This document shows positions 9,768 to 19,008 of a stretch of DNA of 64,000 nucleotides, piece after piece. Position 1 is the first letter of the stretch; every line of letters begins with the position of its first letter. The position numbers were made by a program, and so were the translations under genes. Under the pieces are notes generated by a model. The model ran no database searches. It had not been told where the DNA came from and worked only from the letters and a program-made list of their open reading frames with translations. Source of the stretch: Candidatus Latescibacterota bacterium (GTDB lineage: Bacteria; Latescibacterota; UBA2968; GCA-2709665); NCBI GenBank assembly GCA_965208835.1, contig OZ242358.1, forward strand, positions 2,272,001 through 2,336,000, read 5' to 3'.

Positions 9768-11071
9768 TAAAGCCGTCCTTCTTTCTGAAGGATGTCTCCC
9801 GCGATGGCGTAGGTGGTTCCGTGCATGCCGATGACGACGAGACCCAGGCCCTCGGCCAGGTATCCGCCGGGGTACATGTTCGGAATGACGGTGCATTCAT
9901 AGTTGTGTGGATGTGTGGGCAACTGATGGACCTGGAAGCGGTAGTTATCGTATTTTTCCACCGTGCGAAGCGGTGGAAATCCTTCGAAAAGGGAGTAATC
10001 CACGATGCCGCCGATTTCGAGGATGACGTGGTCGACTTCGAGCGTTTCACGGCTGCCATTGTGGCCAAGGTCGACGAGCCCTGCGGATGCTCCCTGTTCG
10101 AATCCGGTAACACGGGTCTCATAGCGGGTGTTCAGGCGGGGGGACCGGCTTTCCATGATTTCGGCGATCCGCGCGTAGTATGGCAGGCCGTAGCGGCTGT
10201 CCGATATGAGGCGCCAGTGACGATCGAAGGGCTGGCGCATCACGTAGTGGACCTGTCTGCCCGCATCGTGCAGTTCCGTTGCCGCCCAGTCGGCGGACCG
10301 GCCTCCACCCACGACGAGAATGCGTTCGCCGGGATAGCTCCCGGGTTGATCGTAGCCTGATGTGACGAACGGTAGATGTTCGCCCGGTACATCGAGTTTC
10401 CGTGGAATGCAGCGCTGGCCCACCGCGTAGACCAGGTACTTGCACGTGTAGCGACGTGTGGTTTCCGCGCCTGAGACGCGGGATGTGAGCATAAATCCCG
10501 CGTCGTGGGGCTGGATGCGGGTCACACGTTCGTTTATGCGAATTTGGTCTTCGACTTCGAAACGGCCCGGTACGGCGTGGTAATAATCCAGGAGGTGATG
10601 TTTCGCGATCAACGCGTTGACGTCCAGATTGATCTGTCGTTCGCGGATGTGACGATCAAGCGGATAAAAGGCAAATTCCATCCATTGCCCCGGCGAGAGC
10701 GTGAGCATGTTTTCCGGTACATTGTTCCACACGCCGCCGACCTCTTCCTGTGTGATCAGCAATACGTCGACGGGTTCGTGCCTGCGGAATTCGAGGGCGA
10801 TTTCATTCTGCCCGCGGAATTTCTGTCCGGGATGGTGGAGAATGCGAAACAGGTCCACGGGACGGATGCCGGCGTTCACCACGGCTCTGAAATCGAGGCC
10901 GAGCAGCGTGCCGTTTTCCCCGCGAAGATAGCGGTCGACCTGCTCGTATCGACTGCGGAACAGGTCGCCACCGCGATAATGCGGGTGCCATCCGCCGAGT
11001 ACGGCGGCCAGCGGCAGACCGGCCGGACCCCCGCCCACGATGATGACGGTATGGTGTTCGGGTGTGACCAT
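9767..11071 (-). CDS. FAD/NAD(P)-dependent oxidoreductase, OSGIN1/2 (OKL38)-like flavoprotein
   Basis: FAD motif IVGGGPAG, NAD(P)H motif VVGGGRSAD; segments GGVWNNVPENMLTLSPGQWM and PVDLFRILHHP recall OSGIN. Confidence 0.75.
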   Translation of the reverse strand: MVTPEHHTVIIVGGGPAGLPLAAVLGGWHPHYRGGDLFRSRYEQVDRYLRGENGTLLGLDFRAVVNAGIRPVDLFRILHHPGQKFRGQNEIALEFRRHEPVDVLLITQEEVGGVWNNVPENMLTLSPGQWMEFAFYPLDRHIRERQINLDVNALIAKHHLLDYYHAVPGRFEVEDQIRINERVTRIQPHDAGFMLTSRVSGAETTRRYTCKYLVYAVGQRCIPRKLDVPGEHLPFVTSGYDQPGSYPGERILVVGGGRSADWAATELHDAGRQVHYVMRQPFDRHWRLISDSRYGLPYYARIAEIMESRSPRLNTRYETRVTGFEQGASAGLVDLGHNGSRETLEVDHVILEIGGIVDYSLFEGFPPLRTVEKYDNYRFQVHQLPTHPHNYECTVIPNMYPGGYLAEGLGLVVIGMHGTTYAIAGDILQKEGRL

Positions 11072-11229
11072 GGAATCTTCGCCAAAACGGTCGGACGGCC
11101 AGGGGCCGCGGGACGTCGGCAGCCGCCCTTACGCGCACGGTCTGCGGGCCGTACAGGTGGTCCGGAACCCCGCCGACGGGGGGCGAACCGGGGCGTGGAT
11201 GGTTCGGCCGAATACCAGCGGGACAGACC

Positions 11230-11258
11230 TTGACTTCAACCCTTGAATGCCGTATGAT
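11230..11258 (+). promoter_or_regulatory. Sigma70-type promoter of the aminotransferase operon
   Basis: TTGACT-17 bp-TATGAT. Confidence 0.65.
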
Positions 11259-11342
11259 GGTGCTCCTGCAGAAGCGGCTACAAAGTAGATCGGTGGCCCC
11301 GGGGAGTCAAGCCGAATATAGTCGATCAGAGGGGGGAAGTCT

Positions 11343-12710
11343 ATGGCGGACGCAGAACAGCTGGATGTTGGGGAGATTCGGGCGCAGGACCGGGCGCACG
11401 TGTGGCATCCGATGGTACAGCACCGGACTCTGGAACACCGGGATCTCATGGTGGTCCACCGGGGGAAGGGAACCACCGTCGTGGACGCGGAGGGTCGGGA
11501 GTTCCTGGATGCTTACGCGGGGCTCTGGAACGTCAACGTCGGATACGGCCGCCGTGAGATCGCAGACGCCGTATACGAACAGATGCTGCAGCTTTCCTAC
11601 TATCCCCATCTCCAGGTGAATCTTCCCGCCGCCAGGCTGGCATCCAGGCTGGCCGACCTCCTGCCCGGTGATCTGAACCATCTGTTCTTCTCCAACAGCG
11701 GCTCGGAGGCGAACGAGACCGCGCTGAAGATCGCGCGGCAGTATGGTCGGCAGAAGTACCCGGGCGAGAACCGGTTCAAGGTGATTGCGAGATACCAGGG
11801 CTATCACGGGTTCACGTTTGGTGCGATGTCCGCGACTGGCCAGGTTGCCAGGAGAGCGCGGTTCGAACCCCTGATGCCGGGGTTTCTGCACGTGAACCCG
11901 CCTTATTCTTTTCGCTTCGGGACGAAACTGACCTATCCCGACGGCGGCGTTGCGTGTGCGAACGAGGTCGAAGAGGTCATTGTCCGGGAGGACCCGGCAA
12001 CGGTTGCGGCGGTCATTGCCGAGCCGATCATCGGCGGCGGCGGCGTGATCATCCCGCCGGACGGGTACCTGCCGCGCCTTCGTGAAATCTGCGACCGATA
12101 TGGCGTGCTGCTGATCTTCGACGAGGTCATCACGGGTTTCGGCCGGACGGGCAAGCTGTTTGCCGCCGAGCACTGGGGTGTGGTTCCGGATATGATGACC
12201 ATGGCGAAGGGTGTGTCCAGCGGCTATCTGCCTCTCGGAGCGTGCGCTGTGACACCTGAGGTGTTTGAAACCTTCATGGGCGATCCCGATGAGCGTCGGG
12301 AATTCTCCTCGGTGTCCACGTATGGCGGGCATCCGGTCTGCTGTACGGCGGCTCTGGCGAATCTGGATATTCTGACCGCCGAACGACTGTGGGAGAATTC
12401 CGCGGAAGTGGGGGCTTACCTTCTGGATGGGTTGAAAGGGCTGAAGTCTCCGTTCATCGGCGAAGTGCGGGGCAAGGGGCTGATGATCGCCGTCGAGCTT
12501 GCGGCCCAAAGCGGCGATATGCTGGATGCCGCGCGGGTTGCCGCGGTGCAGGCCGGCATCCTTGAACGGGGCGTGATCGTGGGTCGCATGAGCCACGTGA
12601 TGGACGGACCCGAAAGTATTTTCTTCCTGGCGCCGCCCCTGATCCTGACGCAAAGCGAAGCCGACCGGATCGTGTCGGCGTTCGATTCCGGGCTTAAACG
12701 GATTTCCTGA
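11343..12710 (+). CDS. Class III PLP-dependent aminotransferase
   Basis: SGSEANETALK, YHG, LLIFDEVITGFGRTG, MAKG(V)SSGY, STYGGHP. Confidence 0.95.
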   Translation: MADAEQLDVGEIRAQDRAHVWHPMVQHRTLEHRDLMVVHRGKGTTVVDAEGREFLDAYAGLWNVNVGYGRREIADAVYEQMLQLSYYPHLQVNLPAARLASRLADLLPGDLNHLFFSNSGSEANETALKIARQYGRQKYPGENRFKVIARYQGYHGFTFGAMSATGQVARRARFEPLMPGFLHVNPPYSFRFGTKLTYPDGGVACANEVEEVIVREDPATVAAVIAEPIIGGGGVIIPPDGYLPRLREICDRYGVLLIFDEVITGFGRTGKLFAAEHWGVVPDMMTMAKGVSSGYLPLGACAVTPEVFETFMGDPDERREFSSVSTYGGHPVCCTAALANLDILTAERLWENSAEVGAYLLDGLKGLKSPFIGEVRGKGLMIAVELAAQSGDMLDAARVAAVQAGILERGVIVGRMSHVMDGPESIFFLAPPLILTQSEADRIVSAFDSGLKRIS

Positions 12711-12778
12711 CGCGGCCGGAATCCGAATCTTCGTTAGTTCGGCGACGCTCATCCTCCAGTCACGCTTGTAGATCGCGT

Positions 12779-14344
12779 ATGCAGGCCTGTTTCCGACACT
12801 ACGTCGCCCTTCGGAAGGAGATGGACGCCTGGCTGGCGCAGAGCCGGCGCATGGACCCTCCCGGGAGGCACGGCGGCGGCGAGGACGAAGCCAACTACGC
12901 CCTGGCCTGGTTCCCGCACTTTCTTGCGACGGGCAATACGGCGGTCGTGGAGCACTTCGAGTGTCTCCTGGATCAGCTCGCGGGCTGGGTCCGCCGCGAA
13001 TGTCTGCACGGGTACGAGCCGGAGGCCGAGGCGCATCACGGTACCGAGCCGTTCCTGCTCTTTCTGCCTCGCTACCTGGGCTTGTTTCCGGAGGATCGGG
13101 TGGCGGCGCGACTGCTTGCGGATGCGGCCGAACACATCGGGAACTGGGAGAAGGAGATCCCGGCGTGGTTCGACTGGGACCGCAACCGGTTCTTCGGATA
13201 CCACATAGGTACGCGCACCGTGGGGCGGGACCCGGAGCACGCGGTGGAACTCGCGGAGCACTTTCGGTTCATTCACATCGCGCTGTCGGCCTACCGCGTG
13301 CTGAAACAGGACCGGTATCTGGACTGGGCGCTTCGGTACGGCCGGCGTCGCGCGGAGATGATCGTGGCGGCGCCGGAAGGGGACCTGCCCGTGATGTGGG
13401 GGCCGGCCGGCCGGCCTCTGGGCGAATGCGAATATACGGAGTCGCAGCGCCGGATGAGCGGCGCCAGCCACCATTTGCCGGGCGATCCGGCACGGGGCGT
13501 GGAGGCGCTGCTCGCCTCCGGAGCGGTCCACGCGCTGGGCGATCTGTACCGCATGTCGGGCGAGATCGTTTTTCGGGACGCGGGATTTCGGATTGTCGAG
13601 CCGCTCGTCGGCATGCTTCACGACCCCTACTGCGATCCCGGCGCCGCTGCCGTCTCCTTCTTCCGTGGGGCCTTCGGCGACAACAACCTGGATGACCGGA
13701 TCCGGGAAACGGTCGGGCGGCTTCCCGACGAGGAATCCGGCGAACTCATGCTGATGGTGACCGAGAAACCGAGGATGATCCTTCCGGGCGTGGGAAAGCG
13801 GGCGGATATGCTGCACTGGGGTGTGCAGGCGGAAGGCATAAATCGAGTCGCGCCGACGCGTGAGCCCTGTACGGCCACGTTGACGCTGGCCTACCAGATA
13901 ACCGGCGACGCGTCGTTCGCGTCGCGGGCATTGAAGCAGGCGGCCCGGAGGCTGAAGGTGGCGCGGCGTGTGTTGAGGGGAGGAAGGGAGCACGCGGACA
14001 TGGGCGGGGCGGTCTGCTCCGTCGCCGCCGGCCACGGGCGAAACTGGGGTTCCGGCGCCGTGACCGGATGTTACGGATCCTTGTTGCTCGGCGCCCGGGA
14101 ACACCTGGGCGCGGTGGTGCCCACGGTGGAATTCCGGCGGTCGGACGGCGGTCCCGGTCTGCCGGAGCAGGTGGTTTCACTGGTAATCCCACCCGGCCCG
14201 TTCGCCGGAAACGTCCGGCTCTACAACGGCGGCGGCTCGGATGCGGCCGTCTCCTGGAGGCAGCCGGGGGCCGCCTGGCAGGACGTCTCGCTCCCGCCCG
14301 GCGGCGAGGTCGAGACGGCGTTGCCAGAGGAGGATTGGCGATGA
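12779..14344 (+). CDS. Hypothetical protein (possible alpha/alpha-barrel carbohydrate-active enzyme)
   Basis: 521-aa ORF whose stop overlaps the next start (ATGA); repeated Y-x-x-TG-D / Y-L-D-W-A helix-end motifs. Confidence 0.6.
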   Translation: MQACFRHYVALRKEMDAWLAQSRRMDPPGRHGGGEDEANYALAWFPHFLATGNTAVVEHFECLLDQLAGWVRRECLHGYEPEAEAHHGTEPFLLFLPRYLGLFPEDRVAARLLADAAEHIGNWEKEIPAWFDWDRNRFFGYHIGTRTVGRDPEHAVELAEHFRFIHIALSAYRVLKQDRYLDWALRYGRRRAEMIVAAPEGDLPVMWGPAGRPLGECEYTESQRRMSGASHHLPGDPARGVEALLASGAVHALGDLYRMSGEIVFRDAGFRIVEPLVGMLHDPYCDPGAAAVSFFRGAFGDNNLDDRIRETVGRLPDEESGELMLMVTEKPRMILPGVGKRADMLHWGVQAEGINRVAPTREPCTATLTLAYQITGDASFASRALKQAARRLKVARRVLRGGREHADMGGAVCSVAAGHGRNWGSGAVTGCYGSLLLGAREHLGAVVPTVEFRRSDGGPGLPEQVVSLVIPPGPFAGNVRLYNGGGSDAAVSWRQPGAAWQDVSLPPGGEVETALPEEDWR

Positions 14345-15321
14345 AATATCGTACGCTGGGACAGACAGGTCTGACGGTTTCGGAAATAGGGCTTGGCGCC
14401 TTTCCCATATCCGGAATGCAGCGGCAGGAGGACGGTACCCGGTTCGGATGGACAGGTACCGAGGATGCCGAGTCGATTTCGCTGATTCATCGGTGCGAAG
14501 AACTCGGCATTAATCTGATCGACTCAGCTGAGAGTTACGGGGACGGACACAGCGAGGTCCTCACGGGCAAGGCGCTGCGCGGACGGAGAGATAAGTGGAT
14601 TGTGGCCACGAAGGTCCAGCCGAACGCTGGTATCGATTCTGGATCAAAGGATGTGTCTGCGGTGCGGCGTCGAATCACAGAAGCGTGTGAGCTCAGCCTG
14701 AAGCGTCTGGCGACCGACTACATCGATGTCTATCAGCTGCACGCCGTTCCCTACGAATGGGCGATGCCGGCGGTAATGGACGCGCTTGCCGGGCTCCGAC
14801 AGTCGGGAAAGGTCCGGTGGTACGGCATTTCGACCAATGACAGGCAGGCGGTGGAGAAGCTCGGTTCGTTCGGACCTGTCCACATGTTGCAGGTGGGCTA
14901 CAATTTGCTGGAGCGGTCGGCGGAAGGGTTTTTGCACTGGGCGAAGGCCGAGAATATCGGCACGTTGATTCGCGTGCCTCTTGCAAAAGGGCAACTGACG
15001 GGCAAGTATTTCGGCGCGCAGGCACAGACGATCCCGGAAAACGACGTGCGATACGAACGATTCAACAAACCCGAGACGGTCGATGGCCTGAAGCGCCTGC
15101 CGCAGTTGCTTTTCCTGCAGAACCGCACACGAACCATGGCGCAGGCGGCGCTGCGTTTCGTGCTGGATCATCCGGGCGTATCCTGCGTGATTGCCGGCGC
15201 CAAGAACCGCCGGCAGGTCGAGGATAACGCCGACACCGCAGGAATGCCTCCTCTTACCGATGCCGAACTCGAACGGGCGATTCCGATCGCGGATACAATC
15301 GGAACGCCCGGCTGGATCTGA
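14341..15321 (+). CDS. Aldo/keto reductase
   Basis: MKYRTLGQTGLTVSEIGLG, IDSAESYG, SLKRLATDYIDVYQLH. Confidence 0.95.
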   Translation: MKYRTLGQTGLTVSEIGLGAFPISGMQRQEDGTRFGWTGTEDAESISLIHRCEELGINLIDSAESYGDGHSEVLTGKALRGRRDKWIVATKVQPNAGIDSGSKDVSAVRRRITEACELSLKRLATDYIDVYQLHAVPYEWAMPAVMDALAGLRQSGKVRWYGISTNDRQAVEKLGSFGPVHMLQVGYNLLERSAEGFLHWAKAENIGTLIRVPLAKGQLTGKYFGAQAQTIPENDVRYERFNKPETVDGLKRLPQLLFLQNRTRTMAQAALRFVLDHPGVSCVIAGAKNRRQVEDNADTAGMPPLTDAELERAIPIADTIGTPGWI

Positions 15322-15377
15322 TGTCGGAATTCCCGGTCGCACCGGCGTTACGACGCACGCCGTACGGCACGTTTTCC

Positions 15378-15404
15378 TTTTGCGTCTTTTGTACTTTTTG
15401 TGAC
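15378..15404. repeat. Short 9-mer tandem repeat (3 units)
   Basis: TTTTGCGTC TTTTGTACT TTTTGTGAC. Confidence 0.5.
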
Positions 15405-15520
15405 AATGAAGCCGGTCAGCTATTGGAACGAACTCAAAACCACGCTCATGAAGTCATCGTCGTGGTGTCGCCTCGCTGTGTTTTCAAATTGAGATCAGGC
15501 GACGACTCCGGAGATCGTAT

Positions 15521-16783
15521 TTGTCATCCCCAGTACGTATAGGCGTGATCGGTTGCGGGCGGATCCTGAACGCACATTTGCGCGGGTTCCGTGTCCTGCA
15601 GGATTCCGGGTTCGGGGATTGCTTCCGGGTTACGGCGCTCTGTGCGAGAAGAGGTGAGGACGCCCTCCGATTTCGAATCCGCGGCGAAGGACCGGGGCCC
15701 AGACCGGCGCCGGTGGAAGCCCCTGGTGACCCGTTGAACGCGCCGCACGCGTACATCAGCGATTTGCATCCCGGTCAGGAAACGGCGGTTTACACGGACT
15801 ATCGCGAGATGCTGGAACGCGGGCCGGTCGACGCGGTGTGCATCCTGACGGGGCACGATACGCATCACACCATCGCCATTGATGCCATGCGTGCCGGCAG
15901 GCACGTGACGGTCGAGAAGCCGATGGCGATCTCGGTAAGGGCCGCACAGCGGATGTGTGAAGTGGCTTCCGAGACGAACACGGTGTTGAGCGTCGAGGAA
16001 AACGTGAATTTTACTCCCGCGGTGCGTGCGAACCGGTGGGCCGTCAGGGAGGGATTGATCGGCGACGTGCAGATGGTCTACCGCGGATCGATCGGGTTCC
16101 GGTCTCACCGTCCTGATCTCGTCGCCGCGCGCACGCCGTGGAGGCAGTTGAAGCTGGGCGCCGGGGGCGGGGTGTCGATCGATCTGGGCGTGCATCTCTT
16201 CAACGGGGTTCGGACGATCTGCGGACCGGTGCATTCGGTGCAGGCCCTGTGGCGGACGCTCGAGCCGGTCAGGGTGCTGATGTCGGACGACGACGTGAGG
16301 GTTGCGGATGAGGTCGAAAACCAGGTGGACGACGTGTTCTTTTCGAATTTCAGGCTGGCGAACGGTGCGATCGGGCACATGGCGGTGGCGCGCAGCGCCA
16401 GGGGAACGCAAATCGGGGTGCCGGGTGGTACGAATGTATTCGGCAGCAAGGGGGCGTTGTCAGACGGGAAGATCTATGCGGGGAATGGGACCGGGGAAGA
16501 CGTTTTGCAGCGGTTCCAACGAGAGGCCGCGGATCGAGAGCGGGACGAAGCGATGCCGGGCGGGATCACCGATGCATTCGCGCTGGAGAACCTGGACTGG
16601 CTGCGGGCGATCCGCGACGGTTCGCCGGCGCGAATGTCCGGCGAGGAGGGGACGGTCGACCTGGCCCTGAGCTACGCGATCCTGGAGTCCGGGCTCCTGG
16701 GGCGCGAGGTGACGCTGGAAGAAATGCTTCGCGGCGAGGCCGACGCATACCAGGTGCCGATCAACGCGCATTACGGGCTGTAG
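15521..16783 (+). CDS. Gfo/Idh/MocA family oxidoreductase
   Basis: IGVIGCGRI, VTVEKPMA, GGGVSIDLGVH. Confidence 0.9.
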   Translation: MSSPVRIGVIGCGRILNAHLRGFRVLQDSGFGDCFRVTALCARRGEDALRFRIRGEGPGPRPAPVEAPGDPLNAPHAYISDLHPGQETAVYTDYREMLERGPVDAVCILTGHDTHHTIAIDAMRAGRHVTVEKPMAISVRAAQRMCEVASETNTVLSVEENVNFTPAVRANRWAVREGLIGDVQMVYRGSIGFRSHRPDLVAARTPWRQLKLGAGGGVSIDLGVHLFNGVRTICGPVHSVQALWRTLEPVRVLMSDDDVRVADEVENQVDDVFFSNFRLANGAIGHMAVARSARGTQIGVPGGTNVFGSKGALSDGKIYAGNGTGEDVLQRFQREAADRERDEAMPGGITDAFALENLDWLRAIRDGSPARMSGEEGTVDLALSYAILESGLLGREVTLEEMLRGEADAYQVPINAHYGL

Positions 16784-16861
16784 TACGACCCCCTGCGGGT
16801 GGAATTCGACGATTGCAACGGCCCACCTGCCCCGGGCGGGCCGGTTTCCTTTTCCGGGGTC

Positions 16862-17440
16862 TCATCGTCTTGCGATTTCGAGGTTGCGGAACCAGATCTG
16901 ACTGGCGTGGTCCTGCAGCCCGATGTATCCGGTCCGGTTCATTTCGCAGTATGCGCGGTTGAATTTGTTGGGCGTGCCGTCGGGATTCCGGCCCGGGGTG
17001 GTCCAGCGGCTCAGGTCCATTTCGGTGACTTGGTCGCCGTTCAAATCAACCCGGATGTTGTCGTCCTCGGCGCAGAGGACCATGTGATTCCATTCGCCCG
17101 CGGGTTTGCAGGCGTTGTGCGTGGGGGCCTGGACGTCATAGACCGCGCCGCAGCATTTCGCGGTTGCGGGGTTCCTGCCGTATGTGTCCAGGATCTGGAT
17201 TTCGATTCCGGTCTGCACGGGGTCGTCCAGATCGGTCCATCTGAAGAAAACGCCGCTGTTGGCGCCAGGCGGATGCTTGAACTCGAGCGACAGTTCGAAA
17301 TTCCTGAACCGGTCCTTCGTATAATACAGGTATTCGCCCTTTTCCGCAGTGCAGAAGATACAGCCACGATCTACCGTCCAGCCATCGGGATTGCCCGTGG
17401 CTGCCCAGCCGTCGAGGGTTTCGCCGTCGAACAGGTGCAT
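16862..17440 (-). CDS. DUF1080 protein (3-keto-glycoside hydrolase/hydratase family)
   Basis: LFDGETLDGW, NSGVFFR, EIQILD, GEWNHM, GYIGLQDH, WFRNL. Confidence 0.93.
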   Translation of the reverse strand: MHLFDGETLDGWAATGNPDGWTVDRGCIFCTAEKGEYLYYTKDRFRNFELSLEFKHPPGANSGVFFRWTDLDDPVQTGIEIQILDTYGRNPATAKCCGAVYDVQAPTHNACKPAGEWNHMVLCAEDDNIRVDLNGDQVTEMDLSRWTTPGRNPDGTPNKFNRAYCEMNRTGYIGLQDHASQIWFRNLEIARR

Positions 17441-17601
17441 GTATCGTCCTTTCGATGATCTGGTAATGGAAATCTGCTGCCGTCGGGTTTTTTCCGTCCG
17501 CCGGTATCGGCCCAGGAAACACGGGAACCATTGCGTGGCAATATCTGTCAAACCGGACGAAAAACAAAGCGAAAGTCACACTCGGTTGAGGAGGAATTGA
17601 C

Positions 17602-18903
17602 ATGGTGGGTCGAATGACGCATGGGCTCTTTTTATTGTTTCTCTTACCGGCCGGCATTCACGCCGACAACTGGCCGCAGTGGCGCGGTCCTCAGCAGAAC
17701 GGAGTGAGTTCGGCCCGGAATCTTCCCGCGTCGTGGAGCCTGGAAAAAAATATCGTCTGGAAGGCGGAGCTGCCGTCGTGGAGCGGCAGCACGCCCATTG
17801 TCTGGAACGATCGCATCTTTCTGATGTCTCCATCGCCTGCGCGCACGCCGGAGGAACGGGAACCTGGCGGTCCTGAGATATTCATTCTATGCCTGTCCAG
17901 AAAGGACGGCGGTGAACGCTGGCGGCGCAAATTGGACGAAGGCAACGATCTGTGGCGCAAGCACAACAATACGTCGCCTTCGCCCGTCACGGACGGCGCG
18001 CACGTGTGGGCCGTTACGGGGAATGGCGTTGTCGCGTGTCTTAACATGGACGGAAAGGTGGTGTGGACCCGCGACATTCAGAGGGACTACGGCGAATTCG
18101 GCCTGAATTTCGGGTATGCGTCCTCGCCGATTCTGTACGATGGCAAGCTCATCCTTCAGGTGCTTCACGGATCGTACACCGATGAACCCTCGTACATCGT
18201 CGCGCTGGATGCCGGGAGCGGTAAGGAAATCTGGCGCGAAATGCGCGCGACCGACGCCTCCAGGGAGTCTCCGGATTCGTACACGACCCCCGTGCTTCTG
18301 AATCTTTCCGGCGGCACTCAGATTGTCGTAACCGGCGGGGATTGCGTGACCGGGCACGATCCGGCCACGGGACGTGAAATCTGGCGGGCTGATGGCCTGA
18401 ATCCGGAGCGGCGGGGGAACTACCGCATCGTAGCGTCTCCCGTTGTCGTCGATGATATGATCTACGCGCCGACCCGGCGGCGTCCCTTGCTCGCCTTGGC
18501 TGGCGGCGGGACCGGCGATGTCTCCGGAAATGTGAAATGGAAGTGGGAAGGCGCGGCCGCTCCGGATGTGCCCACGCCGGTCTGTGACGGGAGGTATTTT
18601 TACATGGTTGACGATCGCGGCCTGGCCACGTGTCTCGATGCGAAGACCGGCGCCGTCGTCTGGGGGCCCGAGAGAACCGCGCAGGGTACGGTGAGCGCGT
18701 CGCCGCATCTCGCTGACGGCAAATTGTTCCTGCTGAACGAATATGCCGTGACGACCGTCCTGGCCGCCGGCCCGAAGTTCAAAGTCCTCGCTACAAATGA
18801 ACTTGACGATACGTACACGCTGTCATCTCCCGTTTCCTCCGGATCTCAGCTCTTTATGAGGACGGCAACGCATTTGTACTGCATCGGCAATTTAGCCGAA
18901 TGA
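17602..18903 (+). CDS. PQQ-binding-like beta-propeller repeat protein (BamB-like), secreted
   Basis: Signal peptide then DNWPQWRGP; repeated ALDAxSGKEIW / CLDAKTGAVVW motifs; GAGGAGG RBS. Confidence 0.9.
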   Translation: MVGRMTHGLFLLFLLPAGIHADNWPQWRGPQQNGVSSARNLPASWSLEKNIVWKAELPSWSGSTPIVWNDRIFLMSPSPARTPEEREPGGPEIFILCLSRKDGGERWRRKLDEGNDLWRKHNNTSPSPVTDGAHVWAVTGNGVVACLNMDGKVVWTRDIQRDYGEFGLNFGYASSPILYDGKLILQVLHGSYTDEPSYIVALDAGSGKEIWREMRATDASRESPDSYTTPVLLNLSGGTQIVVTGGDCVTGHDPATGREIWRADGLNPERRGNYRIVASPVVVDDMIYAPTRRRPLLALAGGGTGDVSGNVKWKWEGAAAPDVPTPVCDGRYFYMVDDRGLATCLDAKTGAVVWGPERTAQGTVSASPHLADGKLFLLNEYAVTTVLAAGPKFKVLATNELDDTYTLSSPVSSGSQLFMRTATHLYCIGNLAE

Positions 18904-18935
18904 GAATTGATCTTCTTTGGGAATTCTGATAGGCG

Positions 18936-18963
18936 TTGACACTGTGGTGCAGAATCATATATT
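18936..18963 (+). promoter_or_regulatory. Sigma70-type promoter
   Basis: TTGACA-16 bp-TATATT upstream of ATG19009. Confidence 0.5.
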
Positions 18964-19008
18964 GGTGCCGTTTCTGATAGGGAACCGGATTCGGACAAGG
19001 GAGGTTCT

